Under the pieces are notes generated by a model, which saw only the letters and a program-made list of their open reading frames with translations, was not told where the DNA came from and made no database searches. The position numbers were made by a program, and so were the translations under genes. A stretch of DNA of 63,739 nucleotides, counting the filler, from Halocafeteria seosinensis (Eukaryota): assembly GCA_001687465.1 (NCBI GenBank). It is 6 parts of 6 records of this genome, joined end to end, with 100 filler letters (N's around TTAATTAATTAA, not from the genome) between each part and the next. Parts side by side here need not be neighbours in the genome. Positions count along the whole stretch, not along the records: positions 3,131 to 31,202 come from LVLI01000139.1; 5 more parts are not named here. The stretch is one strand, 5' to 3'. Shown here piece after piece: positions 10,590 through 20,300 of the stretch. The first letter of the stretch is position 1; every line of letters starts with the position of its first letter.

Positions 10590-11867
10590 TTAGCGTTCTT
10601 CCACCTCTTTGTTTTGGAAGACCAAACCTAGATGAGCCGTTGATTGGTTAGGTAGATCAAGAGGGAACAACTGAGACGTGAAGCGATCTCGATAGTAAAA
10701 CTGGACTCGGATTTCACGCAACGGTTTGTTATTGGTGCTCTGGATGGACAGAAACGTCCATTCATTGGCAATGAACAGCATATTCTGTTGCCATGCAGCC
10801 GGATTGCTCTTGTCAATGGTAAATTCACTGATGATATCTTGGCTATGATCTTTGGCCACTTGCCCCAAATTGCCATAGCGATTCTTGGAATACTCGATGG
10901 GTGCCGTCTGAAGCGTCGGAATGATATTCATGTTTTGTGATACCACGGCAATGGATTCCACCGGCGACCAATACCGTCCCAAGGCCGGAAACTCTTGGAT
11001 CATTTGGTAATAGGGCGGTGATGTTGTCTGCGGTGTTCCTCTCTTTGGGTTAATAAATTCTACATGGCGTCCAAATTGGGATCTGAATAGAATCTCAAAC
11101 TGGCCTTCGCCGTTTAGAATCGTATCCTTTTCCACATAACGCCATGGCAGATTGGAAAAGACATTGTACGTATTCTGGTCGAAATAGAGATTCCATTGTT
11201 CTGTAACATTGCCGTCAGTATTCTTCCTATTATTGCTATCGCCCCATCCGTTCAACGGAGCATAGCAAGTGATCCGGTTATTGATTGGGTCATAAGACAA
11301 AAACGGATGTTCTTGGGCTTCCAGTTTCGTTGAACCGCCCACCGCACTTCGTACGTTGTCAAACGCTGTTTGGATGGCCGAGTTAAACATTTCAACCACG
11401 TGGTCAATGGAGTAACACCGGTAAAATTCATCGCCGGTCTTGGTGGCGATGGGCTCTGCTACGTCGGTTCGTTGGGGAATAAACGGCACATTCACCGTTC
11501 GGGTGGTGGTTGTGGGAGTCCCTTGAAGATCTTGGGTCGTTTCCACCGTCACACGATAAATTCCCTCGGTGGCCGAATTCTGTGTGGTGTAAAAGTGAAA
11601 AATAGGCATGTTGGCCGTTGCCCCGTCCAATGAAAACTTCTTGACCGCTAATTTATAATCGCTAGGATTTTCCAAAATGGGCGTTTGGCTGGTTTCCAAA
11701 AACTCACAGGGTGGATTCTTACCATCAAACATGGTGCCTTGGGTTTCATGATTGATAATGGCTAGATCCACATAGATATAATTGGCTGGATCGCTTTCCT
11801 CTGTCTTCTCCGTGTTGTAATGATGGGTAAATGAGCCTTCTGAGGTATTGAATTTGACTTTCGGCAT
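10590..11867 (-). CDS. Virophage minor capsid protein (penton)
   Basis: YIYVDLAIIN...F.ETSQTPILENPSDYKLAVKKFSL...MPIF N-terminus and PLREIRVQFYYRDR C-terminus. Canonical penton-then-MCP gene order. Confidence 0.88.
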   Translation of the reverse strand: MPKVKFNTSEGSFTHHYNTEKTEESDPANYIYVDLAIINHETQGTMFDGKNPPCEFLETSQTPILENPSDYKLAVKKFSLDGATANMPIFHFYTTQNSATEGIYRVTVETTQDLQGTPTTTTRTVNVPFIPQRTDVAEPIATKTGDEFYRCYSIDHVVEMFNSAIQTAFDNVRSAVGGSTKLEAQEHPFLSYDPINNRITCYAPLNGWGDSNNRKNTDGNVTEQWNLYFDQNTYNVFSNLPWRYVEKDTILNGEGQFEILFRSQFGRHVEFINPKRGTPQTTSPPYYQMIQEFPALGRYWSPVESIAVVSQNMNIIPTLQTAPIEYSKNRYGNLGQVAKDHSQDIISEFTIDKSNPAAWQQNMLFIANEWTFLSIQSTNNKPLREIRVQFYYRDRFTSQLFPLDLPNQSTAHLGLVFQNKEVEER

Positions 11868-11952
11868 TCTATATACCTGTGATCAAAAAAATAGGAAGCC
11901 GAATACGACAGAGTTTTTTGACGTATTTTCAAAAAACTGACTCTATAGATAT

Positions 11953-12765
11953 ATGCCCAAACTCTATACCAGTTCAGAATTTGACCCCGAAGAGAGCGTT
12001 GCTGTCGTCAAAAAACTGGATAATAAGATGGACGTTCCCGATATGTTCGTCAATCTTCAACAGGAAGATCTAGAGAAGCCACCGGATAGTAAACAAGAAG
12101 CACAAGTTGACTTGAGTGGGGATTATTACTTTTCGGCTCTTCCACGAAAGATCAAAAAGAAATGGCCATTTTGTCTGTATATCGCCGGTAAGAAAGGGGC
12201 GGGGAAGACCACCCATATGGCCAATTGGGCGAATAATTATCACGTCTTGTGTCCCAAGAATTACATCTACATGATTTCAAGTAAAAAAGAAGATCCTACC
12301 ATTGAAAAGGAATTGGGCGAAGACAAACTGATCCGAATCCCCACGGAGAAATTCGGGGACGATAGCGACCATATCCCGACGATTGACGACTTCCAAAACT
12401 GTCTCGTCCTGTTCGATGATTTTGCTAGGGATCCGAATTCTCAAAGAATCATCCATTTTATGGAAGTCCTTGCCGAACGGGGGCGTCAGAAGAACATATC
12501 TCTGGTTACGGTTTGGCACCAAGTGAGCAGTTCCTTCAAGACGAAAATGATTCTTAATGAATGTGATTTTATCCTTATTTTCCCGAAATTGTTAAGTAAT
12601 CACAATCTACACTATTTTGGCAAATCATACTGTAATGTGGATGACAAGCGTCTGTTGAAGAAAATCAAGAACGATACCGGTTCGCATTGCCTTATTTGTA
12701 CGTGTCCCAAATACATCGTCACACCCCAATCGGTCTATTTGCCCGATTATATTTTTGATGACTAA
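11953..12765 (+). CDS. FtsK/HerA-family (A32-like) genome packaging ATPase
   Basis: Walker A YIAGKKGAGKT, Walker B LVLFDD, ERGRQ motif, VWHQ and KMILNE. Confidence 0.92.
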   Translation: MPKLYTSSEFDPEESVAVVKKLDNKMDVPDMFVNLQQEDLEKPPDSKQEAQVDLSGDYYFSALPRKIKKKWPFCLYIAGKKGAGKTTHMANWANNYHVLCPKNYIYMISSKKEDPTIEKELGEDKLIRIPTEKFGDDSDHIPTIDDFQNCLVLFDDFARDPNSQRIIHFMEVLAERGRQKNISLVTVWHQVSSSFKTKMILNECDFILIFPKLLSNHNLHYFGKSYCNVDDKRLLKKIKNDTGSHCLICTCPKYIVTPQSVYLPDYIFDD

Positions 12766-12810
12766 GAAAAAGAAAAAAATGATTGAGGTCTTATAGGGTT
12801 ACTCTTAGTT

Positions 12811-13752
12811 ATGCCAAAGAAAGCGATAGATTACTCCAACGGAATGATCTACAAATTGGTTTGTAAAGATCCAGCCATAGATCGTATTTATGTCGGTTCA
12901 ACCACCAATTTTAAGCATCGGAAATATCAACATAAACATCGTTCGGAAAACTACAACTGTCCGGTGTATGAATATATTGATAACCATGGTGGATGGGAAA
13001 ATTTTGATATGGTTCTTTTGGAAAATTACCCGTGTCAAAATGAACTTGAACTTCATGCCCGAGAGCGTTTGTGGGTGGAACACCTAGGTGCTTCCCTAAA
13101 TATTCAAGTTCCCACACAAGAAAGGAAGGATTATTTGGAACGTCACAAAGAATACTTCAACCAGAAAAAGAAAGAACATTATGAGGATAACAGAGAGTAC
13201 TACCGCCAACGCATGAAGGATAAACGGGAACAATTCCCCGAATACTATAAGCAGATTCAAGCCGAAAGCAGGGAGAGAAACCGAGAACGGTTGCGAGAAA
13301 GGCAAAAAGAATACTACGATACGAATCGTGACAAATTGCTTCAAAAGAGGAGGAAACAGTATCACAATAATTGGGAAGCCATTCGGGAGCAACGCAACCA
13401 AAAAGAATGGTGTGAGCCATGTCAGTGTTATATCAACATCACGTACATGTATGAACATAAGAAAACGGAAAAGCATATATTCAATGAGTATCCCGAGTAT
13501 GGGCGAGAGATAATCAATCAACGCAAAGAAGATCAGCGTCAAGATTATCTTGAAAAGCGACGTCAACATTATGTCGAACATCAGGACGAAATTCTTCGGA
13601 AAAAACGTGAATACCATCAAAAAAACCGAGACAAAATCCTCCAGAAACAATCAAAACGAATATATTGTGAAACTTGCGATTGCTACGTCCGAAGTTCCGA
13701 TTTTGCCAAACACAAACGAACCAAGAAACATATAAATAATGAAAGCAAGTAA
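12811..13752 (+). CDS. GIY-YIG endonuclease with charged repeats and two zinc fingers
   Basis: YSNGMIYKLVC...IYVGSTTN...RK..H...E, followed by KEYY-type repeats and CxxC...H.KT.KH fingers. Confidence 0.88.
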   Translation: MPKKAIDYSNGMIYKLVCKDPAIDRIYVGSTTNFKHRKYQHKHRSENYNCPVYEYIDNHGGWENFDMVLLENYPCQNELELHARERLWVEHLGASLNIQVPTQERKDYLERHKEYFNQKKKEHYEDNREYYRQRMKDKREQFPEYYKQIQAESRERNRERLRERQKEYYDTNRDKLLQKRRKQYHNNWEAIREQRNQKEWCEPCQCYINITYMYEHKKTEKHIFNEYPEYGREIINQRKEDQRQDYLEKRRQHYVEHQDEILRKKREYHQKNRDKILQKQSKRIYCETCDCYVRSSDFAKHKRTKKHINNESK

Positions 13753-13818
13753 CTACAGGAATTGTTAGCCTGTAGTTTAATTGACTTGAATTTAAAAAAG
13801 CGACGATATAGTGGTAAA

Positions 13819-14382
13819 TCAGCCCAAGATACGAATGCCACCAGATTTACCGGATCCCTTCTTGCGTTGGCCTTCGGGCACATACAAATCGTTATCTTTG
13901 ACAAATTTGGACGCCTGAGGCAAGGATAAACCCTTCTCATCCATCACTTGACGAACCAACTGACCACGGCTTTGACGGCCGTCTGAGCCTCCGCCGGATT
14001 GACCGGATCCCCATAAGCCCATCGTTCCTACGTTTGCTAGTTTGTTTCCGACTTTGCCAATGGATTTGGCCGTGCCTCCACCGGATTTACCTCCGCTTTG
14101 TCCTGAGCCCCATAGACCCAACGTGCCGACGTTGGCTAGTTTGTTTCCGACCTTCCCGATTGACTTTGCTGTCCCTGCACCGCTTTGACCTCCGCCATGA
14201 ACCAAGCCGTCTACAAAGCCGTCAAACCCCCCGCCTTTGAGTCCTTTGTCGGCTAACTGGCCGACTGCCTGCATAAAACTATCTTTCATATCATCGCCTT
14301 CCTGAGCGACACGATCAAGTACTTGTCCAAGCAATTTTTTGGCTTCGGCCTTAGACATCTTTCCGTTCTTTTTCTTTGGCAT
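13819..14382 (-). CDS. Gly/Lys-rich putative virion core protein with internal duplication
   Basis: Two copies of GTAKSIGKVGNKLANVGT(L/M)GLWGSGQSGG, many GG motifs, and a C-terminal RGQLVRQVMDEKGLSLPQASKFVK helical domain. Confidence 0.7.
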   Translation of the reverse strand: MPKKKNGKMSKAEAKKLLGQVLDRVAQEGDDMKDSFMQAVGQLADKGLKGGGFDGFVDGLVHGGGQSGAGTAKSIGKVGNKLANVGTLGLWGSGQSGGKSGGGTAKSIGKVGNKLANVGTMGLWGSGQSGGGSDGRQSRGQLVRQVMDEKGLSLPQASKFVKDNDLYVPEGQRKKGSGKSGGIRILG

Positions 14383-14413
14383 GTTCTATATATTGTCATA
14401 TAAAAAAATATGA

Positions 14414-15265
14414 TCATTCTATAAACTTGTTGGTTTGATTCGCCAACGCCTTCTGAATCTGATCACGCATCTGTATCAACGTATTGAGCGATGGCTGATC
14501 CAGCATCTTGATCATTTGATGTACCTTTTGACTGCTTAAACCGGTGGAAATATGCCATAGCATCTCTTTAAATCCAGCCAAGTCCGTCTGAAACCGCATA
14601 TTGCTTGTTGTCAGTTTGTGATTCTCCAACAGGTAAATCAACGACTCCAATCCTTCACGCATCTGATGTAAAATCCCCAGCAACGGTTGATTTAGGGTCG
14701 CTCGGATCTTCTTGTATTTGGATGGGTTGTTCTTGAGACGATAGAACGAATACCATCGCTTCAACGACTTGTATATTTCGCCCTCTCGTTTCAACTCTTC
14801 GGCTTCCTCTTTGATATTGGCCATCATGTCCTTCTTGGGTGTGCTCTGTTTGTAAAACAGCGTGTTGGTGAATTCATGGAACGATCCATTGGATGGCAAG
14901 AAGGCCAAGACATCAATCTTGAAAAAGACATCCTTGTGTTGGAGTTGGGACTTCAGCGTCAAGTCAGAGCCCTGTTTGCCCTTGATGATCTGCTCTTTTG
15001 ACCATCTTATTTTGTGATCCCCGATCTGTGTCTTGACGTCACCCAAATAGACCCCTTCCATCTTAGTGAGTTTTTTCACTTTTTGGGAAAACTCTCGGAC
15101 AATCCGATCCAGATTCAGATTATCCAAGTATTGATTGGCGTCGTAATCCATTGTGAAGTACAAATGAGGGTCGTTTTGCGATCCCGCCAAGTTCCAGTTC
15201 TTGCCAAAGGTGATGGTATCTAACACCAGTTTTTCATCTGTTGTTAGAAATTGCTTTCTCTGCAT
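14414..15265 (-). CDS. Putative Pol-beta-fold nucleotidyltransferase-like protein
   Basis: LAGS-x9-DYD matches the hG[GS]x(9-13)DhD signature, with a candidate third Asp in FFKIDVL. Confidence 0.55.
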   Translation of the reverse strand: MQRKQFLTTDEKLVLDTITFGKNWNLAGSQNDPHLYFTMDYDANQYLDNLNLDRIVREFSQKVKKLTKMEGVYLGDVKTQIGDHKIRWSKEQIIKGKQGSDLTLKSQLQHKDVFFKIDVLAFLPSNGSFHEFTNTLFYKQSTPKKDMMANIKEEAEELKREGEIYKSLKRWYSFYRLKNNPSKYKKIRATLNQPLLGILHQMREGLESLIYLLENHKLTTSNMRFQTDLAGFKEMLWHISTGLSSQKVHQMIKMLDQPSLNTLIQMRDQIQKALANQTNKFIE

Positions 15266-15275
15266 ACTACTATAT

Positions 15276-15434
15276 ATGACAAATCAATACTTTGTAATAA
15301 TGAAGCGGAATCGTCAAGGACATGACCCATTGTACAAGAAACTGATCACCCAAGCCGAATCCAAAGCACAGGCACGGCGATTTGCCACGCACCGGTTGCG
15401 TGGCTTCTCGGTCGTTCGTGTCGAAGAGGACTGA
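15276..15434 (+). CDS. 52-aa basic protein, paralog of 30560-30718
   Basis: MTNQYFVIMKRN...QARRFATHRLRGFSVVRVEED. Supported by similarity to the second copy. Confidence 0.7.
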   Translation: MTNQYFVIMKRNRQGHDPLYKKLITQAESKAQARRFATHRLRGFSVVRVEED

Positions 15435-15435
15435 A

Positions 15436-16602
15436 TCATTTTTTCTTCTTCTGTCGTTGAAGAAAATTATCCAACAAGACATTGAATTGTTTCCGTCCCA
15501 TGTCATTTCGTATTTGCGATTCGGGTTCTATGGTGGCTTCTTTTGGACTGAAATTCCGCCACTTGACTTTCAGGTATTTCTTGCCGTTCTTGGTGAATCT
15601 GTCCAGTATCCGTTCCACATCAAATTGGACGGTCACCCTGTCCTTGTTTTCCACTTTGTCTATCTTCTGAAGATTCCGGCGACCCCATAACCCACGGACT
15701 CTCTTGCCGGAGTCCTTCTCTTTCAGCCGATAGGCGATCGGCTTGGATTTCTCTTTTGGACGCTGGACGGCTGTGATTTCATACAACTCAAGCGAAAAGG
15801 TGATCGGTGTCTTCTGAAAGGTCTTGGGTGGCACCGCCGTTCTGACCGTATCCCCTTTCTCTAGGTTGTCATGATCGCCCTGAAGGTTCAGAATTCGCCG
15901 ACTAGCGTTGTTTTGTTTGACTTGCTCGGTATTTTTTTCTTTCAAAGCATCCTTGGGTGATACGCCCGTCGTATCGTGTTTCATCTCGTTATAGTTTTGA
16001 ACCAAATCATCCACCAACTTCTGGGTGATATTCTTGGACAGCATATCGGCCTTTCGTAACATTCGCTTGAATGTCCCGTTGAACCGTTCTACAATGGAAT
16101 TGGACTGGGGATTGCTTGGAATACTGAAGATCTGTTTGATGTCAAGTTTCTGGAGTTTCTGACGTAANGANCGGTTGGTAAATTCACCGCCATTATCGCT
16201 AAGGATGGTCTTGGGTTTCATTGGCATCTGTTTTAAGAGGCGATCAATCCCGTTGATCACTGTCCGTTGGTTCTTGTTTTTGATAATTCTTACGAAAGCC
16301 ATCCGGCTAAACACATCAATCATTACCAAGAACGTAAAGTCACCCATGGAGGCTAGATCCATAGCCACGACGTTGAAGGCGTCGTTGGATACCATGCTTC
16401 TTGTTCCTTTGCTACTGGGTGGGAGTCGCTTGGTGATCTGGTGGAGGTATTGGTTGGAAAGCCATTGCTCTAATTCATCCCGTCCCACCGGTATGTCTTT
16501 CTCTTGAACGATTTCAAAGAGTTTGTCCCTGCTGAAGAGATTGCCTTCGTCGTAAAACACCTTTTCCAATCGTTTCTTCAGGGATGGATTCGGTTCGTTC
16601 AT
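15436..16602 (-). CDS. Retroviral-type (rve, DDE) integrase with C-terminal chromodomain, Polinton/Mavirus-like
   Basis: AMDL (D), IDVFSR, SDNGGEF (D), SIVERFN (E); chromodomain FDVERILD...YLKVKWRNF....TIEP. Likely start MNEPN at 16602. Two N bases lie near 16168-16171. Confidence 0.92.
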   Translation of the reverse strand: MNEPNPSLKKRLEKVFYDEGNLFSRDKLFEIVQEKDIPVGRDELEQWLSNQYLHQITKRLPPSSKGTRSMVSNDAFNVVAMDLASMGDFTFLVMIDVFSRMAFVRIIKNKNQRTVINGIDRLLKQMPMKPKTILSDNGGEFTNXXLRQKLQKLDIKQIFSIPSNPQSNSIVERFNGTFKRMLRKADMLSKNITQKLVDDLVQNYNEMKHDTTGVSPKDALKEKNTEQVKQNNASRRILNLQGDHDNLEKGDTVRTAVPPKTFQKTPITFSLELYEITAVQRPKEKSKPIAYRLKEKDSGKRVRGLWGRRNLQKIDKVENKDRVTVQFDVERILDRFTKNGKKYLKVKWRNFSPKEATIEPESQIRNDMGRKQFNVLLDNFLQRQKKKK

Positions 16603-16669
16603 ATATATGTGGTTCAGACATTTTTCATATCCCCCCACCATAATAAATCGTACCTTTGAAGGAAGTTCG

Positions 16670-17034
16670 TATGACACTCTCTGTCATATCTGTGACGGTT
16701 TTGAAAATCGTACATTCATTTCTGTCATACCCCCTTATACCTCTATACAACCGTCAATCCTTGTGTTATAGTGCTTTGTTAAAAATCGTATGACACTTAT
16801 GACAGAAATGACAGAAATTTTCAGGGGTCGGTTGGTATTACTTATTAATAAAATTAATTTTTTAATTTTCTTAAAACCCAACCGGCTGAATCTGGGGTGT
16901 CATCTGTCATAAGTGTCATAAGTGTCATACGATTTTTAACAAAGTACAAATTTACTGGAATTGACGGTTGTATAGTGCTATGACACTTATGACAGAATTG
17001 AAAGTACGATTTTTGGAGGTAAAAAAGTGTCATA
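16670..17034. repeat. Large imperfect palindrome with 9-mer repeats and AT-rich core (putative replication origin)
   Basis: Inverted pairs 16774-16804/16914-16944 (31 bp perfect), 16743-16758/16960-16975 (16 bp perfect) and 16704-16729/16988-17013 (2 mismatches). Repeated TATGACACT/TATGACAGA in both orientations. Confidence 0.85.
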
Positions 17035-17092
17035 AGTTTTTCTTCATAAAGAAATTGACTTAAAAATAATTTGTGTCTATAGAATATAACCC

Positions 17093-17317
17093 ATGGGACG
17101 TCCAGTTAAAAATGAATACCAGTCGGTTCAGGAACAGCGTCGGGAATATTATCTAAAATGGAAAGAGAAAAACAACTACAAAGTGGATTGCCAATACTGT
17201 GGCCATCCAATCACCAAAGCCTTTCTTACGTCGCATCAGAAGAGATCCAAGAAATGCTTGTTGAAGCAAGAAATTTATCAACTGAAAGAACAACAAGAAG
17301 GGAACTTAGACGACTAA
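17093..17317 (+). CDS. Small C2HC zinc-finger protein
   Basis: CQYCGHPITKAFLTSHQKRSKKC, similar to the fingers of 8341-8673. Preceded by GAAATTGA and TCTATAG. Confidence 0.75.
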   Translation: MGRPVKNEYQSVQEQRREYYLKWKEKNNYKVDCQYCGHPITKAFLTSHQKRSKKCLLKQEIYQLKEQQEGNLDD

Positions 17318-17383
17318 GTTTAGAACATAACTGTATGTTGATTTTCGCCTAAAGATAAAACTGATAACCCTAGTATAGAAGAG

Positions 17384-20300
17384 ATGACCACCCAGACCCA
17401 CCAAGAACTAAAGGACTTTCTAGGCCAGTTTTACGTCAAAAAAGACCCAAAATCAAACCAAAAGTTTGAATGGACGCATACATCCCTCTGTAACCCGACA
17501 GGGAGTTATCTCATTCCGGAAGAAAAGTACCCCGAATTACATCGCTTGGTGGATCAACGAGCCTTTGGAGACCGGCAACCAACCTATTTGACCGAAAGAA
17601 ATAGGGAAACCAAAATTATTGTGGTGGATATTGATTTCAAATTCAATAGCGAGTATCAGGATCGCATGTATAACCAGCAACATGTGGAAAATATTGTCCA
17701 ACTGTACAACTGTGCCATCCGTCATGTGTTGGACATGGATTTTGACAAGCCTTTGAGTGCCTTTGTCATGGAAAAGCCGGATCCGACACCATCCTCAGGC
17801 AATATCAAAGACGGCTTCCATATCATCTATCCCTATGTCATCTGTGGCCGTCAAGCACAGCATAGGATCCGAGACTATGTCGTTGAACATTTCTTTGATA
17901 TTTTTTACCACGATCAGCAACACTTGCCGTTCAAAAACACGGTTCATGACGTGGTGGATAAAAAAGTTATATCTAGTAATCCTTGGACGATGTATGGCTG
18001 TTATTCCAAAGCGTCGGGCAGTAAATTTTACCAACTGACCCACATCTACCAACAGACATATGATACCGAAGAGGAAGAGTACCAATTAAGTCGCTTGAAT
18101 CCCGACAAATATACCTCCTTGGAACTGATCCAACTTTTCAGTATTCATCGCTACGACAAACAATATCATTATGAATGGCGAACCAGACCAGAAGAGGAAT
18201 CCGAAGAAGAGGAATCCGAAGACGAAGAGGAGGAGTTGTCGGAAGACCCAAGCGTTCAGAATAATGCGTTCTTGGACGAGAACGGCAAGATATCAGGGAT
18301 GGAATGTGGGCGAACGGATATCAAAGAGATGATGGAGAGGATTGAACAGGAAGATTTTTACGAACATTTGGATTTCAATGAATTCTATCAGGCGTTAGGC
18401 GAACCCCGTAATGAGGACAAGATCGTCAAGATGATGATCGCCACATCCAAAGACCCGAATTCAAATAATTTACAAGCCCTGATGAAAGTCATGGAGAGGA
18501 TTCAACGGAACTACAAAGAAATTCAGTATTATCAGCCGACGCCCCCAATCGGCCGGTTTTATTCACAGGGCAACCAATCCGTCGGGCTCTTACACCGAGG
18601 ATTCCGCCATGCCATTTGCCGAGAATCTAAGTACGATTTTGATATCATCAATTCCATGCCCACGATGTTTTATGAGTGGGCGAAGCGAGTCAATGTGACC
18701 ATTTGCCCCATCCTAGAACGGTATGTCCAAGAACCCAAAAATCTTCGCCGAGAGTATCAAGATCGGTTGGATTTCACCAAGGATCAGGTCAAAGAGTTGT
18801 TCATCATTCCGTTGTTTGGTGGCAATTTGGAGAATCATTTTACATCGGGGGATATTCCACGGGAATTCAAAGAGTATCAGAAGAACGTGGGGGAGATTGT
18901 CCGAGCCATCAAGAAACAGAATCCAAAAGATTGGGACAAGTACCGAAATATAATCCGTCAGAAACGGGAAAAGGAAGGAGTGAAGAAAAAAGTCACGGAC
19001 TATTCAGTGTTGAGTTACTTCTTACAAGAATTGGAAATCCGAGTGGTCGCTTTAACCCTGCTCTATTTTGAGAGGTGTGGTTTGCCGATGCGAAATGCGT
19101 CCATTAGTCACGATGGCTTTCTGTATCCCAAAGACAAACTGGATCAATATTTAATAAATCGTTGCTTAACCATTGATGAGTTTGCCCATGATGTCAGTGA
19201 ATATATCCGTTCGGAAACCCAAATGGAACTGGTAGAATTCATCAACAAGCCCATGGATGAAGGGATTCCGAGATACCAATCGTCCATTGATCCCCGCCGT
19301 AAGAAAACGTATGACGAGCGGAAGATTATTGAGCAAATTGAACGGATCATTGGCCGTTGCTGGAAAACCCACAGAGATCAGGCGATCACCGAACAGAAAG
19401 AGGAAATTAACAATGAATTGAAAAGCCAACAAGAAGAAAGAGACAGTCTAGATCAGGAATGTAAGAAGAAGATCAAGAAATGTAATGATAAAATCAAACA
19501 GTTGGAAAAAAGCATGGAAAACATTGAAAAATCCGAGAAAATCAAAGAGGTGGATAAGGAATTTGAACAGTATCAACAGATCTTGACGCTTCGCTTAATG
19601 GATACATTCTTCCGGCTTATTTCGGTCACGGGAGAGGTTCAACAATATTTTCCGGATCGTGGATATTACGGGGCAACCATTCAGCCCAATGATTTGCTCA
19701 AAAGTTATACCTATTTAGGCAAGAAGAACATTGAATACTGGAAAGCCCATGTCGGGTCACAGTATCGGGATGTTGATTTCTGGCCGTATCCGGACGACAA
19801 TGTCCAAGAAAACGACATCAATACCTTTGAAGGCTTCCGAGCGGAATGGACAACGCCGTTTTACTTGGTGGATATGAGTGACGACAAGCGAAAGAAATAC
19901 TATCAAGGATTACAACGCTTCCGAGATATTCTAGCCAATTTGGTGGGGTTTGATGAAGAGACCGACGACCCCAAATTGGACGAATGTCGGGGGTATGTTG
20001 AAAAATGGCTGAGCCATTGCCTACAACGCCCTTCTAAGAAGGAAGAATGTCTGAAGGCTCTTATTTTTCATGGTGGGCAAGGCACGGGTAAGAACTTGGT
20101 GTTTGAAGAGATTATGCGACGGATCATAGGGGACAAATATGCCACAACGCAATCCAAAATTGAAAATATCGTGGGGGAGTTTAACGAAGCATTGGAAAAC
20201 AAATTGCTTATCGTGGCAGATGAAATCACCGACAAGAAAGGACATGAAGCGTCGGGGCAACTGAAATCGTTGATTACAACATACAACAAGATCTGGATTA

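Noticed and set aside
13096..13650. 184-aa hydrophobic minus-strand ORF resembling a membrane protein
   Set aside because: Antisense shadow of the Lys/Glu/Arg-rich GIY-YIG gene. The same applies to 22991-23581 and 51305-51802.
16670..17034. CRISPR-like array
   Set aside because: Repeats are 7-9 bp in both orientations without unique spacers, and there are no cas genes.
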